From positions 24,430,001 through 24,494,000 of the forward strand of contig CM075987.1 of NCBI GenBank assembly GCA_038087875.1: a stretch of 64,000 nucleotides of DNA, read 5' to 3'. Of the stretch, positions 24,860 to 37,375 are shown piece by piece. The stretch's first letter is position 1, and every line of letters begins with the position of its first letter. This DNA comes from Malacoraja senta. Taxonomy: Eukaryota. The notes below the pieces were generated by a model that was given only the letters and a program-made list of their open reading frames with translations, did no database searches and was not told where the DNA came from. A program made the position numbers and the translations under genes.

Positions 24860-25119
24860 AAACTGATGACTGAAGGCCAGTTGAAAACCCGCTGTTTGCT
24901 GGGTGAGAACGGGACCCTGGTGTGACTTGGGTGGGGGAGGGATGGAGAGAGAGGGAGTGCAGGGGTTACTTGAAGTTAGAGAAATCGATAGCCGTACCGC
25001 TGGGCTATAAGCTGCCCAAGCGGAATATGAGACGCTGTTCCTCCAATTTGCGATTCGCCTCACTCTGACAATGGAGGAGGCCTAGGACAGAAAGGTCAGT
25101 GTGGGAACGGGAAGGAGAA
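24860..25119 (-). mobile_element. Penelope GIY-YIG C-terminal fragment
   Basis: Homologous to 9450-9600. Confidence 0.82.
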
Positions 25120-25140
25120 CCTTTAATATTGTCATGGTGT

Positions 25141-25783
25141 GAATAACGGAAGATGGTCCAGAACTAAATGTGTTTCAAAAGAAACTAATGGACTATGGGT
25201 TAATAACTGGAAAAAAGCTAATTCTAAAATTTTGGAAGAAGGCTAAAATACCAACTATAAATATGTGGATTTCAAATATGTTTGAAACATTACACCTAGA
25301 AGAGATAAGACTCCTCCTAGCAGGTAAACCAGATCACTTCCACCTGACGTGGTCTGCATTTATAGAATTATTACAAATATAGGGTGCAAAAGTACTTAAA
25401 AACAAAAAAAATTGAGGTCAGGTAAGGGGGGATGATAGTTGAAGAGTTGGTATGTCCCATTTACGTAATGCTCATAAAAATATTTGTTTCTCTCTTTTTC
25501 CTCTTTCTCTTTCTCTTTCTTTTCTAGGGTCTATTTCTTAACTCTTTTTCTTTTGTTTTTAATTTTGCTCTTATAGGGTCTTCGTCCTTTTTTGTTGTCA
25601 CATTTCCTACACTCTCACTTTTTCCTTCACTTTCTTCTTTCTTTCAATCTTTTCCTTTTCTAGTGTAAAAAATAAATGGAGTACATTAATTGTAAGAAGA
25701 TATAAATGATGAGTACTAATGTATGCGGTTGTAATGTAATGTACTTCTAATAAAAAAAAAATAAAAAAAAAAAATAAAAAAAA
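25141..25783 (+). mobile_element. 5'-truncated L1-clade LINE
   Basis: ORF2 C-terminus GKKLILKFWKKAKIPT..W...LHLEEIR..TWSAFIE; aataaa and poly(A); 16-bp TSD aatattgtcatgg(t/c)gt at 25125-25140 and 25784-25799. Confidence 0.9.
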
Positions 25784-25910
25784 AATATTGTCATGGCGTA
25801 ACTGTATCCATGACTGGCTTTACAAAATTCATTACAAACTATCTTTTGAAGTTGGAGACGAGGTGCTGGAGTATCTCAGTGGGTCAGACATCATCTCTGG
25901 ATGATAAAGA

Positions 25911-26207
25911 GGGCGGCACAGTGGCGCAGCGGTAGAGCTATTGCCTTACAGCGCCAGAGATCCGGGTTCGATCCTGACTGCGGGTGCTTGTCTGTACGGA
26001 GTTTGCACGTTCTCCCCGTGACCTGCGCGGGTTCTCTCCGAGATCTTCGGTTTCCTCCCACACTCCAAAGACGTACAGGTTTGCAGGCTAATTGGCTTGG
26101 TGTAAATGTAAACTTGTCCCTAGTGTGTGTAGGATTGCGGGGATCGCTGTTTGGCACGGTCTCGGTGGGCCGAAGGGCCTGTTTCTGCGCTGAATCGCTG
26201 AACTAAA
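25911..26207 (+). mobile_element. HE1-like SINE
   Basis: Full length. Confidence 0.92.
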
Positions 26208-26809
26208 CAAAAAGAATAGTTTGCAAGGTGGAAAACTATCAACCCAGTATTGTAAACACATCCCATGAAAAACGGATCAATCCAACAAATAGTATAATTT
26301 GACGTTGACAAAGCTACGCTAATGACACACTTCAACTGTATACAACATGACTGAAAATATGAGTGGTGAAGTACAATTACTTTTAAAATATGCTTTCCAT
26401 TAAACGTGAACTTAATGGGAAGTAGTGTACTTTACTGAATTAGTGTTGTTGGGACACGAATATCTCCAGCACACAGCGTTTACACGTCAGTGAAATTCCA
26501 CACAGCGGGGAATGCCTCACTACTTGCAGAGGAGATCATTACCAGTTTAATGATTTGTCCGAAATTGAAGTTATATTAGTTCATTTTTAGTGGTTCAGTC
26601 TGTGGGAAAATAATCAAATCATAATTTCCAAGAGGGCACAAAGAGGGGGAGCCTGAAAGTATGTTTTAACTTGCAGGAGAATCACAGAGCAGAGAAGCAA
26701 AAGAACAGGAGATGAACAACAGGCCCAAGGTCATTAAACTCGGTTGGCATTGGTTATATACACCGGAGCAAAGTAATTTTGAAAGGGATTTCAAATGGAA
26801 AGCCTTCTA

Positions 26810-27175
26810 TTGCCACAGGAGTCTTTTGGGGCCGAGTCAGTGGATATTTTTAAGGCGCAAATTGACACTGTCACTGCTTTGGACATTGGTAGGAGAGTCT
26901 AGGACCACAGGTCACAGCCTCAGAATAAAAGGATGTTCCTTTAGAAAGGAGATGAGAAGGAATTTCTTTAGTCATTGGGCTGCGGAGGCCAAGTCAATGG
27001 ATATTTTTAAGGCAGAGATAGATAGATTCTTGATTAGTACGGGTGTCAGGGGTTACGGGGAGAAGTCAGGAGAATGGGGTTGAGAGGGAAAGATAGATCA
27101 GCCATGATTGAATGGCAGAATAGGCTGAATGGGCCAAATTACCTAATTCTATTCCTGTAACTTAAGGACTTATGA
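26810..27175 (+). mobile_element. CR1 3' end (rearranged)
   Basis: GESRTTGHSLRIKG...FKAEIDRFLI; 3' UTR. Confidence 0.85.
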
Positions 27176-27321
27176 ATACCTTATTTGCAAACTCCAAAGT
27201 CCATGAGAAAGTGAAAGGAAGTTTCAAGTGCGAATTCCAGAACCTCATCTAACAGGAAACACTTAAAGAAAACCATGTTGGAACTTAAGAAAAAGAAAAC
27301 TAATGGGTAACTTCCCTATGT

Positions 27322-27446
27322 ATAGGAAGTAACTGCAGATGCTGGTTTACACTGAACATAGACACAAAATGCTGGAGTAACTCAGCGGGACAAGCAACAT
27401 GTCTGGATAGGAATGGGTGGTGTTTTGGGTCGAGGCCCTTCTTCAG
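27322..27446 (-). mobile_element. Short Penelope terminal-repeat copy
   Basis: aactgcagatgctgg...gggtcgaggcccttcttcaga. Confidence 0.82.
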
Positions 27447-27511
27447 ATAACTTCTCTATTGCAGCTAACATCGGAATTACCTTGCATAACTGGAAATCTC
27501 TGCTTTGTTAA

Positions 27512-27840
27512 TTTAGTTTAATTTATTTTGGTTTAGTTTAGTTTAGAGATACAGCACAGAAACAGACCCTTCGGCATTCTGAGTCTGCACCGACCAGCGA
27601 TCCCCGCACATTAACACACTCGTGACGCTTTTATTTCACGTCACAAGCCAATTAACCTACAAATCTGAACGTGTTTGGAGGGTGGGAGGAAAGCGAAGAT
27701 CTCGGAGAAAACCCACGCAGGTCACGGGGAGAACGTACAAACTCCGTACAGACAGCACCCGGAGTCAGGATCGAACCAGGGTTTCTGGAGCTGCAAGCGC
27801 AGTGAGGCAGCAACTCTACCGCTGCGCCACCGTGCCACCC
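27512..27840 (-). mobile_element. HE1-like SINE
   Basis: Full layout on minus strand. Confidence 0.92.
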
Positions 27841-28194
27841 TTAGACAGGTCAGAGATTAGTGAGGCAGTATCTTAATGCAGTGGCCATTTACCAGACATT
27901 GGGAACTTTCTTGTGTGAGTATTTTTCTTTTCTCCTGACTATGTGAAAATTAGACAGCCTTGGGCCAGTGGCTCCAGGCCAGTATTTGGATGACTTGCTT
28001 GTACATTAGTTGGCAGAGTCATGATTGCATTGCTTTCCTTTTTGGGAATCGTTCAAAATCGTTCTGAAACTTTTTACCTCCATTCTGCCCGCACCCTCAT
28101 CCTCCCCCCACATCAGCATCAATCCAATACACACTCCTTCAATAACATTTAGCAATAAACCCTCTCTAAAAAATTGAGCTGAGATCTAACATAT

Positions 28195-28432
28195 TCATGT
28201 GTAGTCTTTCCGCTGACTGGATAGCACGCAACAAAAAAGCTTTTCACTCTACCTCGGTACACATGACAATAAACTAAGCTGAACCAAACCAAACCAAACT
28301 AACTAAACTAAACTAAACTAAACTAATCTAAATTAAACTAACCTAAACTAATCTCAACTCAACTCAACTCAACTCAACTCAACTCAACTCAACTCAACTC
28401 AACTCAACTCAACTCAACTCAACCAAGCTAAA
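28195..28432 (+). mobile_element. Rex1-like 3' tail with expanded pentanucleotide repeat
   Basis: Tail as at 17890-17980, then (aacca)n, (aacta)n and (aactc)n runs. Confidence 0.8.
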
Positions 28433-29095
28433 CAATAATGCTGGCCTGTCAGGAGATTCAAGAGAGAGACATGGCTTCACACAGTATATGGATTGCAATA
28501 AAAAACAAGCCATCAATTTCCCACGATGATGAATTTCTGGACCAAGATTCAAAAGATTCAAGAGAGTTTATTGTCATGTGTCCCTGATAGGACAATGAAA
28601 TTCTTGCTTTGCTTCAGCACAACAGAACATAGTAGGCATTGACTACAGAACAGATCAGATGTGTCCATATACCATGTTTTCCTTTAATGTATTTTTCCAA
28701 CATGTGGTCATCTTCAATGGTTGAATGGTTCTAATCCACATGAATATTCTGTGTCAGATATGAATTGGATTGCCTGGCCCTCTCTATTTAATGGCAAGGC
28801 ATCACTGGGGCCGACAGCACTTGGCAAGACCACAACACACTAGCAAGTGTAAAAGCTGATAAAAGTGGGCCCAACTTAGTTTCTCATCGTTATCGCAACG
28901 CTGAGGTTCGTTACAATTTGAAACACACTGCAAACTGCCCATTGTTATACATAATGTGGAAACATGTAGCCTTTTTTCACAGTGATCTTTGTTTGCTTTA
29001 TCCAAATATATATTGGACCTGGATGTTCACCAGAAGTGGGTGTTTAGCTCCCCCTCGTGAATCAGACAATTAGGTTAAAGTCAATACCATGATTT

Positions 29096-29892
29096 ACTCC
29101 TCCCTCGACTCCATCCAAGGACCCCAACAGTCCTTTCAGGTGAGGCAGAGTTTCACTTGCATCTCCACCGACCTCATCTACTCTATCCGCTATTCCAGGT
29201 GTGGACTCCGGTATATCGGCGAGACCAAGCGTAGGCTCGGCGATGGTTTCGCTCAACATCTCTGCTCAGTTCACCTAAACCTACCAGATCTCCCGGTTGC
29301 CAAACACTTTAACTCCCCCGCCCATTCCCAATGGGTTTCGGCCCGAAACGTTGCCTATTTCCTTCGCTCCATAGATGCTGCTGCATCCGCTGAGTTTCTC
29401 CAGCATTTTTGTGTACCACACTGACCTTTCTGTCCTGGACCTCCTCCATTGTCAGAGTGAGGCCCAGCGCAAATTTGATGAACAGCACCTCATATTTTGC
29501 TTGTGCAACTTACAACTCATGCTTCCATCCTACATTGTACCAGTGCATCAAAATTTAACGGCGAACTGCCTCGCCATTTTCCTTTCGTATCATTTTGTAT
29601 GACTATTGACTTGCATAACTTCAAGTAACCCTTGCATTCCCTCTGACTTCTGAGTAGTTTCTCTGTTCTCCTGCTTACATGTTGCTGATTATACGCCTCG
29701 TTGTCACCTTCCCCTCAGCTAACAATGAACCATTCTACATTTCCTTGACCATCGTCCCCTTACCCTTCCATATCTTATCTCCCTCTCCCCTGTCTTTCAG
29801 TCCGAAGATGGGTCGACCCGAAACGTCACCGATTCCTTCTATCCAGAGACGCTGCCTGTCCTGTTGTGTTACTCCAGCATTTTGCGTCTATC
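29096..29892 (+). mobile_element. Penelope GIY-YIG and 3' region fragment with two inserts
   Basis: IQGPQQSFQVRQSFTCISTDLIYSIRYSRCGLRYIGETKRRLGDGFAQH; terminal-repeat copy inserted at 29332-29417; own terminal repeat at 29797-29892. Confidence 0.9.
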
Positions 29893-30077
29893 ATGATTTA
29901 CTTGAGCAGTAGACCCAAAAGGAGCATTAGATCAGTGCAGCATAGCTGCCATGAGCCTGGTTCAATTCCAACCTTGGGTGGTGTCTTCGTGGGGTTTGCT
30001 AGTTCTTCCTGTCACTGTAGGAGAGCCCTCCCATCTTCCGAAGACATGCTGAAGGATAGGTTAAGCAGTCACTGTAA

Positions 30078-30213
30078 ATCAGTCTGAAGAAGGATCTCGA
30101 CCCGAAATGTCACCCATTCTATTTCTCCAGAGATGCTGCCTGCCCAGCTGAGTTACTCCAGCATTTTGTGTCTATCTTCGGTTTAAACCAGCGTCTGAAG
30201 TTCCTTCCTACAC
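30078..30213 (+). mobile_element. Short Penelope terminal-repeat copy within an old SINE (about 29925-30280)
   Basis: tcagtctgaagaaggatctcgacccgaaatgtcaccc... Confidence 0.82.
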
Positions 30214-30353
30214 ACTGGTCAGCACAGACTCAGTGGGCTGAAGGGCCTGTTTCCGTGCTGTATCTCTAAAGTCTAAAGACTACTCAGTAAGGAAATAACT
30301 GAGAGAAAGCGTGATCAGAGTTTCAAAAGATAGCCACATGCTGTTGGAATTCT

Positions 30354-30591
30354 GTTTAGTTTTGTTTGGACTTAAGATAGAGCACGCAAACAGGCCCTTC
30401 GGCCCACCGAGTCCGCACCGACCACGCGCATTAACACTATCCTGCACGCACTAGGAACAATTTACAATTTTGCCAAAGCCAGTCAACCCACAAATCTGTA
30501 CGTCTTTGGAGCGTGGGAGGAAACCGGAGCGCCCGGAGAAAACCCACGCGGGTCACGGAGAAAACATACAAACTCCGTACAGGCAGCACCC
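30354..30591 (-). mobile_element. HE1-like SINE (5'-truncated)
   Basis: Tail and central domain. Confidence 0.88.
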
Positions 30592-30716
30592 TTTCCAAAT
30601 TGACAACATCTTTCCCATAACACGATGCCCAGAACTGAACACAATACCTTAAATGCTTCTTTAGAAAAAGATGTAACGTTCCAATTTGCTATCTCATCTC
30701 TGTCATAAGACATGTG

Positions 30717-31156
30717 TGGCAGCATGGTGGCGCAGCGGTAGAGACCCGGGTTCGATTCCGACTACGGGTGCTGTCTGTACGGAGTTTGTACATTCTCCCC
30801 GGTGACCTGCGTGGGTTTTCTCCGAGATCTTCGGTTCCCTCCCACACTCCAAAGACGTACAGGTTTGTAGGTTAATTGGCTTGGTAACATTGTAAAATTG
30901 TCCCGAGTGTGTATAGGGTAGTGTTATTGTGTATAGGGTAGTGTTATTGTGTATAGGGTAGTGTTATTGTGTATAGGGTAGTGTTATTGTGTATAGGGTA
31001 GTGTTATTGTGTATAGGGTAGTGTTTTTGTGTATAGGGTGGTGTTATTGTGTATAGGGTAGTGTTATTGTGCGGGGATCGCTGGTTGTTGCAGATTCGGA
31101 GGGTCAAAGGGCCTGTTTCCATGCTGCATCTCTAAATTAAACTAAACTAAACTAAA
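30717..31156 (+). mobile_element. HE1-like SINE with internal minisatellite
   Basis: Full layout with an expanded internal segment. Confidence 0.9.
30911..31070. repeat. 20-bp minisatellite, 8 copies
   Basis: (gtatagggtagtgttattgt)x8 with two substitutions. Confidence 0.97.
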
Positions 31157-31793
31157 GATATCGATGCTTCCAACCTATATTATATCAGTGCATCAAAATT
31201 TAATAGCGAACTGCCGTGCCATTTTCTTTGCAAAGTGCCGTTCTCCATTCTATTATCAACACCACATTCTTGCAGCTCATAAAGAGAGAATTTTCTATTT
31301 TTTTAGAGAAAAAAGTCAATTACACACTCAAAACATTATTTAGCATTATGAGACCAATATGCGGTAATGGATTCAAAACAGATGACAACACAGTCGTAAC
31401 GTTCAATTTATTCTGAATGGAAAGATTTTGGGTCAGTAATAAATCAATGGACAGATGATATTTCCGAACTAATTATTCAGATGGTCCCAGGTTAATGATA
31501 CCCAGGAATACTCAACAAGTTGGCAACACCACTGTTTCCTTAGGGGTGGCACGGAATTCGATTTAATGAGCATGGATTCAGTGAGCGGGGCCTAGTCTCA
31601 GTGCTTGACGAGAGGCTTATTAAAGTAAAAAGTGTCCTGCGCGGGATTACTGTCCCCGAAGCAACAAATCCAAGAGATAGACGCGTATTATTAATGATAA
31701 ATCAGGAAACAAAATACCGGACGTGAAGCATAATGTGCGATCCCATTCAAAAATATTAAATAATTTCCAAGCATTCCACCCCCCCTACCCCCC

Positions 31794-34191
<2,398 letters not shown>

Positions 34192-34384
34192 AAAAACAAA
34201 AAAAAACACAAACAAAAAAAAGCAGGTGCGTAGTTGCACTCTGACAAGCATTTTGTCTTGAGTCCTGAAACTTTTGGAAAAGCAATTGTCACTAATGCTG
34301 TAAATGGCAAAGCTCTATCTATTGCCCTTATGGCAACCCACAGAAATTCTCCGTCATCGATATGCAACAAAGAATATTCATACT

Positions 34385-34545
34385 TATAGAGTCATAGATA
34401 CAGCGTGGAAACAGGCCCTTCGGCCCAACTTGCCCACACCAACCAACATGTCCCATGTACACTAGTCCCACCTGCCTGCATGTCCCTCTAACCCTGTCGT
34501 ATCCATGTACCTCTCCAAATGTGTCTTAAATATTGTGATAGTACC
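34385..34545 (-). mobile_element. CR1/HER1-like 3' end
   Basis: atagagtcatag...ggaaacaggcccttcggccc. Confidence 0.82.
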
Positions 34546-35011
34546 AGCCTCTTGAAAATGGCCCCCAACTGGCGACTGTGTATACTGTCTCAGAGTACAG
34601 CTACGATACACTTGTACTCTGGTGCCCTTAAGGCAGCAACTCTACCACTGCGCTCATGCCGCCCCTCTTCAGAATTTCCCGGATATTCTACTTTCATGTC
34701 AAATTTCTGAATTTTGCTTTTGGACTTGATTTTTCTGTCTGTTTTTAAGATCGTTTTTTTCCATCGTAAATCAGATTAAAATCAGCAAGCCTGAATTTTG
34801 CCCGTAGGTATCAAATTTACCTGAAGTTCTTCTCACCATTATCCTGTCTCTCTCTCTCCAGAGGCAAACAACTTGTTGCCTTTCAAATTAGACTGTACAG
34901 CTTGCGTATGATGGAAGTGAACAGGCCTGTTCTTTTTGGCTTCCGTGAGTTGAGTTTTCAAATGTCAGATAGATGTCCATCCACCTGCGAAATTAATTGG
35001 CTCATCACTTA

Positions 35012-35379
35012 AGGGCCTGTCCCACTTTCCCGAGTTATTCACGAATTCTCCTGAGTTTTCAAACTCGCAGAATGTTCGTAAAGAGTCCGTAGGAGTCCGT
35101 GGATATATCGTAGCGGCTCGTTACGCCAGCCGTGGGTACTCGGGGCTATTTTTTTATTCGTGGACATTTTTCAACATGCTGAAAAAACATCCCGACTTAC
35201 CTGATGCCCCGAGTACCTACGGCTGGCATAACGAGCCGCTACGATATATCCACGGACTCCTACGGACTCTTACTCCTACGGACTCTTTACGAACATTCTG
35301 CGATTTTGAAAACCCGGGAGAATTCGTGAATAACTCAGAAGAGAATTCGTGAATTACTCGGGAAAGTGGGACAGGCCCT
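35012..35379. mobile_element. Palindromic Harbinger MITE
   Basis: TIR agggcctgtcccactttcccgag; perfect TTA TSD; arms complementary over more than 100 bp. Confidence 0.93.
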
Positions 35380-35554
35380 TTAGTCTGCTGTTTCACTATG
35401 AAGAGGAGGTAATGTATGAAATTAGGGGCAGGGCAGGAGGTGGTGGTTGTAACAGCCAGGTAATGTACATGTACATTGGCCTGGTTATTGTTCCATTAAA
35501 GCATTCTGTGGAGAAAAGCTTCATTACAGTATTTGCCAGCAATCATATTATGTT

Positions 35555-35885
35555 AGAAACATAGAAACATAGAAATTAGGTGCAGGAGTAGGCCATTTGG
35601 CCCTTCGAGCCTGCACCGCCATTCAATATGATCATGGCTGATCATCCAACTCAGTATCCCGTACCTGCCTTCTCTCCATACCCTCTGATCCCTTTAGCCA
35701 CAAGGGCCACATCTAACTCCCTCTTAAATATAGCCAATGAACTGGCCTCGACTACCCTCTGTGGCAGAGAGTTCCAGAGATTCACCACTCTCTGTGTGAA
35801 AAAAGTTCTTCTCATCTCGGTTTTAAAGGATTTTCCCCTTATCCTTAAGCTGTGACCCCTTAAGAATTTTGTAAGTTTCTATAAG
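35555..35885 (-). mobile_element. CR1 3' end
   Basis: (tagaaaca)n tail, UTR and ORF2 end on minus strand. Confidence 0.88.
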
Positions 35886-35931
35886 ATGTTGGTTGCATAC
35901 GCACAATCAAAGCTAACCAGGTTGATATATT

Positions 35932-36106
35932 GGTAGACAAAAATGCTGGAGAAACTCAGCGGGTGAGGCAGCATTAATGGAGCGAAGGAATAGGAATACC
36001 TGAAACGTCACCCATTCCTTCGCTCCATAGATGCTGCCTCACCCGCTGATTTTCTCCAGCATTTTTGTCTACCTTCGATTTTTCCAGCATCTGCAGTTCT
36101 TTCTTA
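35932..36106. mobile_element. Inverted Penelope terminal-repeat pair
   Basis: 35932-35990 is the reverse complement of about 36015-36073. Confidence 0.85.
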
Positions 36107-36274
36107 AACAGGTTAATATATTGTATTTGTTTAAAGTGTATACCTGCACTTGTGCACATTATTACCATTACATACTTTATAAAGTGTCATTGTCATTCTG
36201 CAAGTTTATCACTTTAGGCTTGCATTTTCGAACATATGGAGCAGTACAGCACAATATCTGTGCTGAACGAGATA

Positions 36275-36420
36275 AGTTCATACGTTCATGTGATAGGAGC
36301 AGAATCAGGCCATTCTGCCCATTGTCTACCCCGCCATTCATTCATGGCTGATCTATCTCTCCCTCTCGATCCCATTCTCCTGCCTTCTCCCCCCAACACC
36401 CGTACTAATTCAGAATCTAT
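36275..36420 (-). mobile_element. CR1 3' UTR fragment
   Basis: taggagcagaatcaggccattc...cccattctcctgccttctccc. Confidence 0.78.
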
Positions 36421-36571
36421 CTGAGATGTCAAGATAAGCTCAGCTCATCTGCCTGCAAGTGATTTTGCCCTCTAGTCAAAGGAAGGGCTGGGAAAAAGGT
36501 TCTGACTGACTGGCCAAACTCAGTCTCTCATTATTGCTTTGAAGAATGATGTCTATGCTGCCCATTAAAAT

Positions 36572-36872
36572 GGGGCGTCATGGTGGCGCAGCGGTGGAGT
36601 TGCCGCCTTACAGCGCCAGAGACCCGGGTTCGATCCTGATTACTGACGATGTCTGCATGGAGTTTGAACGTTCTCCCTGTGACCTTCGTGGGTTTTCTCT
36701 GGGAGCTCTGGTTTCCTCCAAAGACGTACAGGTTTGTAGACTAATTGGCTTGGTAAAATTGTAAATTGTCCCAAGTGTGTGTAGGATAGTGTAAGTGTGC
36801 AGGGATCGCTGGTCGGCACGGACTCGGTGAGCCGAAGGGCCTGTTTCCACGCTGTATTTATAAACTAAATTA
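36572..36872 (+). mobile_element. HE1-like SINE
   Basis: Full length. Confidence 0.92.
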
Positions 36873-36898
36873 AAATCACATAATTCCTATATACATCA

Positions 36899-37375
36899 GA
36901 GATAACATCAGAGAAGGGTCTCAAGATCCACCAGGGCAGGAAAAAGTGCCTGAGAGAGCTTGGTGAGGGGCCTCGCATTGACCATTACTTTCTAAGAGGT
37001 TGGCCAAATCAGTCGAGTGAAGCCCAGTGGCAGGTTAACCACCACAGTCCACAGGGTATCAGCACCCCAGGCGAAGCTCAACCAAGTACTGTCCCACCAA
37101 CGGACACGAGTCCAGAGCCCAACCAGCCACAGTCAGCGGTAGAGAGGAAGATGGAAGGGAAAAAGCCGAATGCAGCAGTCACTGGCTGTGGCTGAAGATA
37201 AAAGATGGTGTCTGGGCTGCCACGTGACCACGTAGAGGCTATCAATAAGACACACACCCAGGGCTGATCACCCTGCGGTGGGCCTGCCTCGACTGAGGGT
37301 GTCTTGTGATAAAAGGCCGAAACACCCAGTGACGTTGAGGTACACAACTGAAGATGTGTCTGATTGGTAGCAAAA
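36899..37375 (+). mobile_element. Internally deleted HERO-like (R2-group) non-LTR retrotransposon
   Basis: My translation of 36899-37170 gives EITSEKGLKIHQGRKKCLRELGEGPRIDHYFLRG... (second half of an N-terminal zinc finger). 37165-37227 in another frame gives AECSSHWLWLKIKDGVWAAT* (HERO-type C-terminus). A structured 3' UTR follows. Family assigned by motif recognition, not by search. Confidence 0.72.
37287..37361 (+). ncRNA. Candidate pseudoknotted hammerhead-like RNA with kink-turn
   Basis: GUC site, GAAA and CUGAAGA cores with helices GGGUGU/ACACCC, UUGUG/CACAA and CCUCGAC/GUUGAGG; see findings. Confidence 0.5.

Noticed and set aside
30911..31070. Regular repeat array resembling CRISPR
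   Set aside because: Units are contiguous with no unique spacers, lie inside a SINE, and the context is eukaryotic with no cas genes.
34862..34943. Possible plus-strand exon (ctctctccag...cc|gtgagt) with one open frame
   Set aside because: Peptide GKQLVAFQIRLYSLRMMEVNRPVLFGF is not recognised and no partner exons are evident.
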